Source of the DNA: an uncultured Planctomycetaceae bacterium
Lineage (GTDB): Bacteria > Planctomycetota > Planctomycetia > Planctomycetales > Planctomycetaceae
NCBI GenBank assembly: GCA_937916515.1
Contig: CALFSX010000011.1
Location: 5,109-69,108, forward strand
DNA: 64,000 bases
Direction of reading: 5' to 3'
The position numbers were made by a program, and so were the translations under genes. A model generated the notes under the pieces. That model was not told the DNA's origin. It saw only the letters and a list, made by a program, of their open reading frames with translations, and did no database searches. Shown here piece after piece: positions 61,404-64,000 of this stretch (the stretch's first letter is position 1; every line of letters starts with the position of its first letter).

Positions 61404-62513
61404 TTATGCAAGGAATTCGACGACTGCATCGTCGAATTCGCGAGGAACGGAGGACAAAACTTCGTGACCGTCATTTGTTACCAGGATATCATCTTCGATT
61501 CTTACACCAAACTTGCCCGGCAAATAAATTCCCGGTTCGACGGTCACAACCATCCCTGTTTCGAAAACCTGCTCTGAAATGGGGCTCATTCGCACCGATT
61601 CGTGAATATCCAGCCCAAAACCGTGCCCCAACCCGTGGCCGAAATACTTGTCGAAACCGGCGTCCGCGATGATTTTTCGAGCAATTCCGTCAACCACGCG
61701 GCATTCGACGCCCGGCTTAATGGCCGCAATGGCGGCCTGGTGAGCTTTCAGGACGGTGCGGTAGACCGTTTCCATCTGTTTGGTGATTTTGCCCGTGAAG
61801 AAGACTCGCGTCAGGTCGCTGCGGTATCCCGAACGCGTTTCCGCTCCCCAATCAACCAGCAGCACAGGAGAGTCGCTCACCAGCAGGTCTCCCGCGTGAG
61901 CATGCGGCAGCGCGGCTGTTGGGCCGACTCCCACAATCGGTTCAAAACCCGGCCCCGTCGCACCGAAGCTTCGCATAGCCGCTTCCAGCGTGTAGCGGAC
62001 GTCTCGTTCTGTCTGGTTCGGTCGCAGGCTGCTTCTAACGACCGCGATGCCTCGTTCCGCAAGTCGCACGGCTTCCTTAATTTGTTCCAGTTCCCAGCTG
62101 TCTTTGATTTCTCGCAAACGCTCTGTCAGCCCGCTGGTGGGCACAAGTGTGGCCGTTTCGATCTTTTCTGACAGATTCTGGTGCTGAGCAACCGTCAAGT
62201 GGTCAGATTCGAAACCCACATTTCTGGCTTTCGATTTTTTAACAACATCCGCCACGGCAACGGACATCGGCCGCTTGGCATCTCGAATATCGACTTTCAG
62301 TTCGCCACATTCGTTTTTAAGTTGAGTCGTATAGCGACTGTCGCTGATCAGAATGGTGTCTGTTTTGCTTAAAAACAGCCAGGTAGAATCGCCCGTGAAT
62401 CCCGTAAGGTAGCGAACGTTGGAAACGCCCGAGACAAGAATCGAATCAACTCCAGCTTCCTTCAGTGCCTTGGCTAGTTTATTTCGACGACCGACATAGT
62501 TGGGACTGGACAT
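61404..62513 (-). CDS. M24 family Xaa-Pro aminopeptidase
   Basis: Creatinase-like N-domain followed by the pita-bread fold. Metal ligand contexts are VLLVDWGAE, HGLGHGFGLDIHE, VTVEPGIY and VRIEDDILV. Confidence 0.88.
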   Translation of the reverse strand: MSSPNYVGRRNKLAKALKEAGVDSILVSGVSNVRYLTGFTGDSTWLFLSKTDTILISDSRYTTQLKNECGELKVDIRDAKRPMSVAVADVVKKSKARNVGFESDHLTVAQHQNLSEKIETATLVPTSGLTERLREIKDSWELEQIKEAVRLAERGIAVVRSSLRPNQTERDVRYTLEAAMRSFGATGPGFEPIVGVGPTAALPHAHAGDLLVSDSPVLLVDWGAETRSGYRSDLTRVFFTGKITKQMETVYRTVLKAHQAAIAAIKPGVECRVVDGIARKIIADAGFDKYFGHGLGHGFGLDIHESVRMSPISEQVFETGMVVTVEPGIYLPGKFGVRIEDDILVTNDGHEVLSSVPREFDDAVVEFLA

Positions 62514-62790
62514 GTATGTACCTTATAACTGGTAACCACGAAACGGATCCACGGACAATAAACGCCCAGACTTTTCTGAACCAGAGTAGACACGCTACTT
62601 CTCTGATTCGCGAATCATTCTGCTGTGCGTTATTCGAGTTTAAAAAAGGAATCCTGCTGGAAACCTGGCCTTTGGATATTTGTCAACAGCGAACACCAAA
62701 CACCTTCAAACGTTTGCCAGTGTCCCAGATCAATAGTGCAGTTCGGGACGTCATGGCAGGACCTCAAGCACAGTGCGCGAATGTTGTCCG

Positions 62791-62870
62791 TAGCGACAAC
62801 GGAGCGGCTCGGCGACTGGAACTTTCCACGTTTTGCCGCTAACCACGCCACAGGGTCAAGGGCGAAGCCC
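62791..62870 (+). repeat. Copy D of the roughly 75-83-nt intergenic repeat family (3' hairpin degraded)
   Basis: TAGCGACAACGGAGCGGCTCGGCGA ... CCACGCCACAGGGTCAAGGGCGAAGCCC, followed by AACG in place of TTG. Confidence 0.8.
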
Positions 62871-62949
62871 AACGCCATGAAGGGATTTTTGAGTGGGAAA
62901 ACAGTGAGATAAAGCGAAAGTTCGCAGGCTGGAGTTTGGATGCAGTTAA

Positions 62950-63143
62950 GTCACGAAGTGACGGTAGGTGATCGCCACGGGCGCGAGCCCGTGGAACAGC
63001 ATTCGACAGTCGTTTTCAGTCCTGAAGGGACGACAGGCAACAACGCGAAATGATACGCCTACCGTCCCTTCGGGACTTTCCGTCTGACTTTTTGCAAACC
63101 ACGGGCTCGCGCCCGTGGCTACTACCTAACGTCACTTCGTGAC
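62950..63143. repeat. Roughly 195-bp modular imperfect palindrome built from three pairs of hairpin-forming modules
   Basis: Outer pair GTCACGAAGTGACGGTAGGT / ACCTAACGTCACTTCGTGAC. Middle pair GCCACGGGCGCGAGCCCGTGG / CCACGGGCTCGCGCCCGTGGC. Inner pair AGTCCTGAAGGGACGACAGG / CCTACCGTCCCTTCGGGACT. Confidence 0.75.
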
Positions 63144-63414
63144 TGAAGCCCATTCGGCATGACTGCCTCTTCTCCAGTTCGAACAGTGTTTTTGATTTCC
63201 AAAACTCTTCACGGCGTTGGGCGAAGCCCTTGTGGGTTTAAGGTGCGGCAAGTAATTCAAAATGCCAATAATGCGGTGCTGAACAATCAGTGTTTACGAA
63301 GCTGTTTCCGTATTAGGATCGGTTGTGAAACCGACTATACTGCTTGCTGTGCATATGGCGCGCATTACGGACAGACGACACTGCGTGTCACAGAAATCAG
63401 ACGGGCCGGATGAA

Positions 63415-64000
63415 ATGAACTACCGATCAATCATGTGCTTCTGCGTCGCGTGTTGCGTAACAGGTGGCCTGGCGAAAGGTCAGCATGCTACTGGTGGCAC
63501 CGAACAGCCACGTCCCACGTTGCAACAATTGAAGTTGGAAGGCATTCACCGATCAAAGTACGTTCAACGTCATTCCCAAACCGTTCCTGCCACAACGAAG
63601 ACTCCGCAGCCTAACCTGAAGGCGTTCCAAAAAGACATCCGGCCCGTTCTGATTCAGGCGTGCGTGCAGTGCCACGGTCCCGAGACGCAAGAGGGCAATA
63701 TTCGCATCGACACACTGGATGCTGACCTGCTTCACGGCAAAGACGTCGAATGGTGGCTGGAGGTTCAGGCGGTTCTTAGCAACGGAGAAATGCCTCCAAC
63801 GGAAGCAGGCGAATTCAACGACGAAGATCGCGCAAAAGTTGTTGACTGGCTATCGAATGAGATCCAGCTGGCTTCCACGTTTCGGCGAGCGACCGGAGGT
63901 CATACTTCGTTCCGTCGAATGACTCGCTACGAATATAATTACGCCATGCAGGATATTCTTGGCCTTCCTTTTGACTTCGCCAAAGACCTTCCGCCGGACG
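63415..64000 (+). CDS. PSCyt1/PSD-domain ('planctomycete cytochrome c', DUF1587/DUF1592 family) protein, 5' part only
   Basis: Own translation from the ATG at 63415: MNYRSIMCFCVACCVTGG...FQKDIRPVLIQACVQCHGPETQEGNIRIDTLD...WWLEVQAVLSNGEMPP...FRRMTRYEYNYAMQDILGLPFDF. It has a CxxCH haem motif and the PSD-type continuation. The ORF is open to the window end. Confidence 0.8.
   Translation, partial: MNYRSIMCFCVACCVTGGLAKGQHATGGTEQPRPTLQQLKLEGIHRSKYVQRHSQTVPATTKTPQPNLKAFQKDIRPVLIQACVQCHGPETQEGNIRIDTLDADLLHGKDVEWWLEVQAVLSNGEMPPTEAGEFNDEDRAKVVDWLSNEIQLASTFRRATGGHTSFRRMTRYEYNYAMQDILGLPFDFAKDLPPD

Noticed and set aside
63159-63413. 84-aa ORF just upstream of the PSCyt1 gene (and ORFs 62465..62842, 62625..62912, 62630..62878)
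   Set aside because: They run through the repeat and palindrome cluster and show no coding features.

Overview
This 64-kb chromosomal segment is almost certainly from a Planctomycetota genome (Planctomycetaceae / Gimesia-like). That assignment is inference only. It rests on a PSCyt1/PSD-type 'planctomycete cytochrome c' gene at the 3' edge, three large Hanks-type Ser/Thr kinases plus an FHA protein, a TAT-signal Gfo/Idh/MocA oxidoreductase, a sulfatase and many lineage-type hypothetical secreted proteins. GC looks intermediate by eye and was not computed.

Most of the window is core metabolism and envelope biogenesis:
- metK, pyrH, tsaE, murE, murF, trpB, accB and accC
- an M24 aminopeptidase and a predicted PPi-dependent phosphofructokinase
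- PPK2, a transhydrogenase alpha subunit and an LptD-like outer-membrane protein
- an ABC-F ATPase and a Fur-family regulator/ZIP transporter pair

I found no rRNA, tRNA, CRISPR array, transposase or integrase.

Observations worth a second look:
1. A hybrid sensor histidine kinase has its conserved membrane module separated from the PAS/kinase/receiver body by a single in-frame TAG.
2. A eukaryote-type (Ura6/CMPK1-like, short-LID) UMP-CMP kinase is fused to an uncharacterised N-terminal domain. The canonical bacterial pyrH is in the same window.
3. Several families of short structured intergenic repeats occur. One is a roughly 80-nt family with four same-orientation copies, and its terminal hairpin directly abuts the stop codons of two genes. 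Others are a 154-bp MITE-like element with 30-bp inverted termini and a roughly 195-bp modular palindrome.
4. A solitary, divergent circularly-permuted ATP-grasp gene lies between two SDR genes.
5. The receptor-kinase ectodomain architectures are unusual.
6. A small islet of orphan genes lies next to the eukaryote-like kinase.

Everything here comes from reading the sequence and the ORF track. No searches were run.
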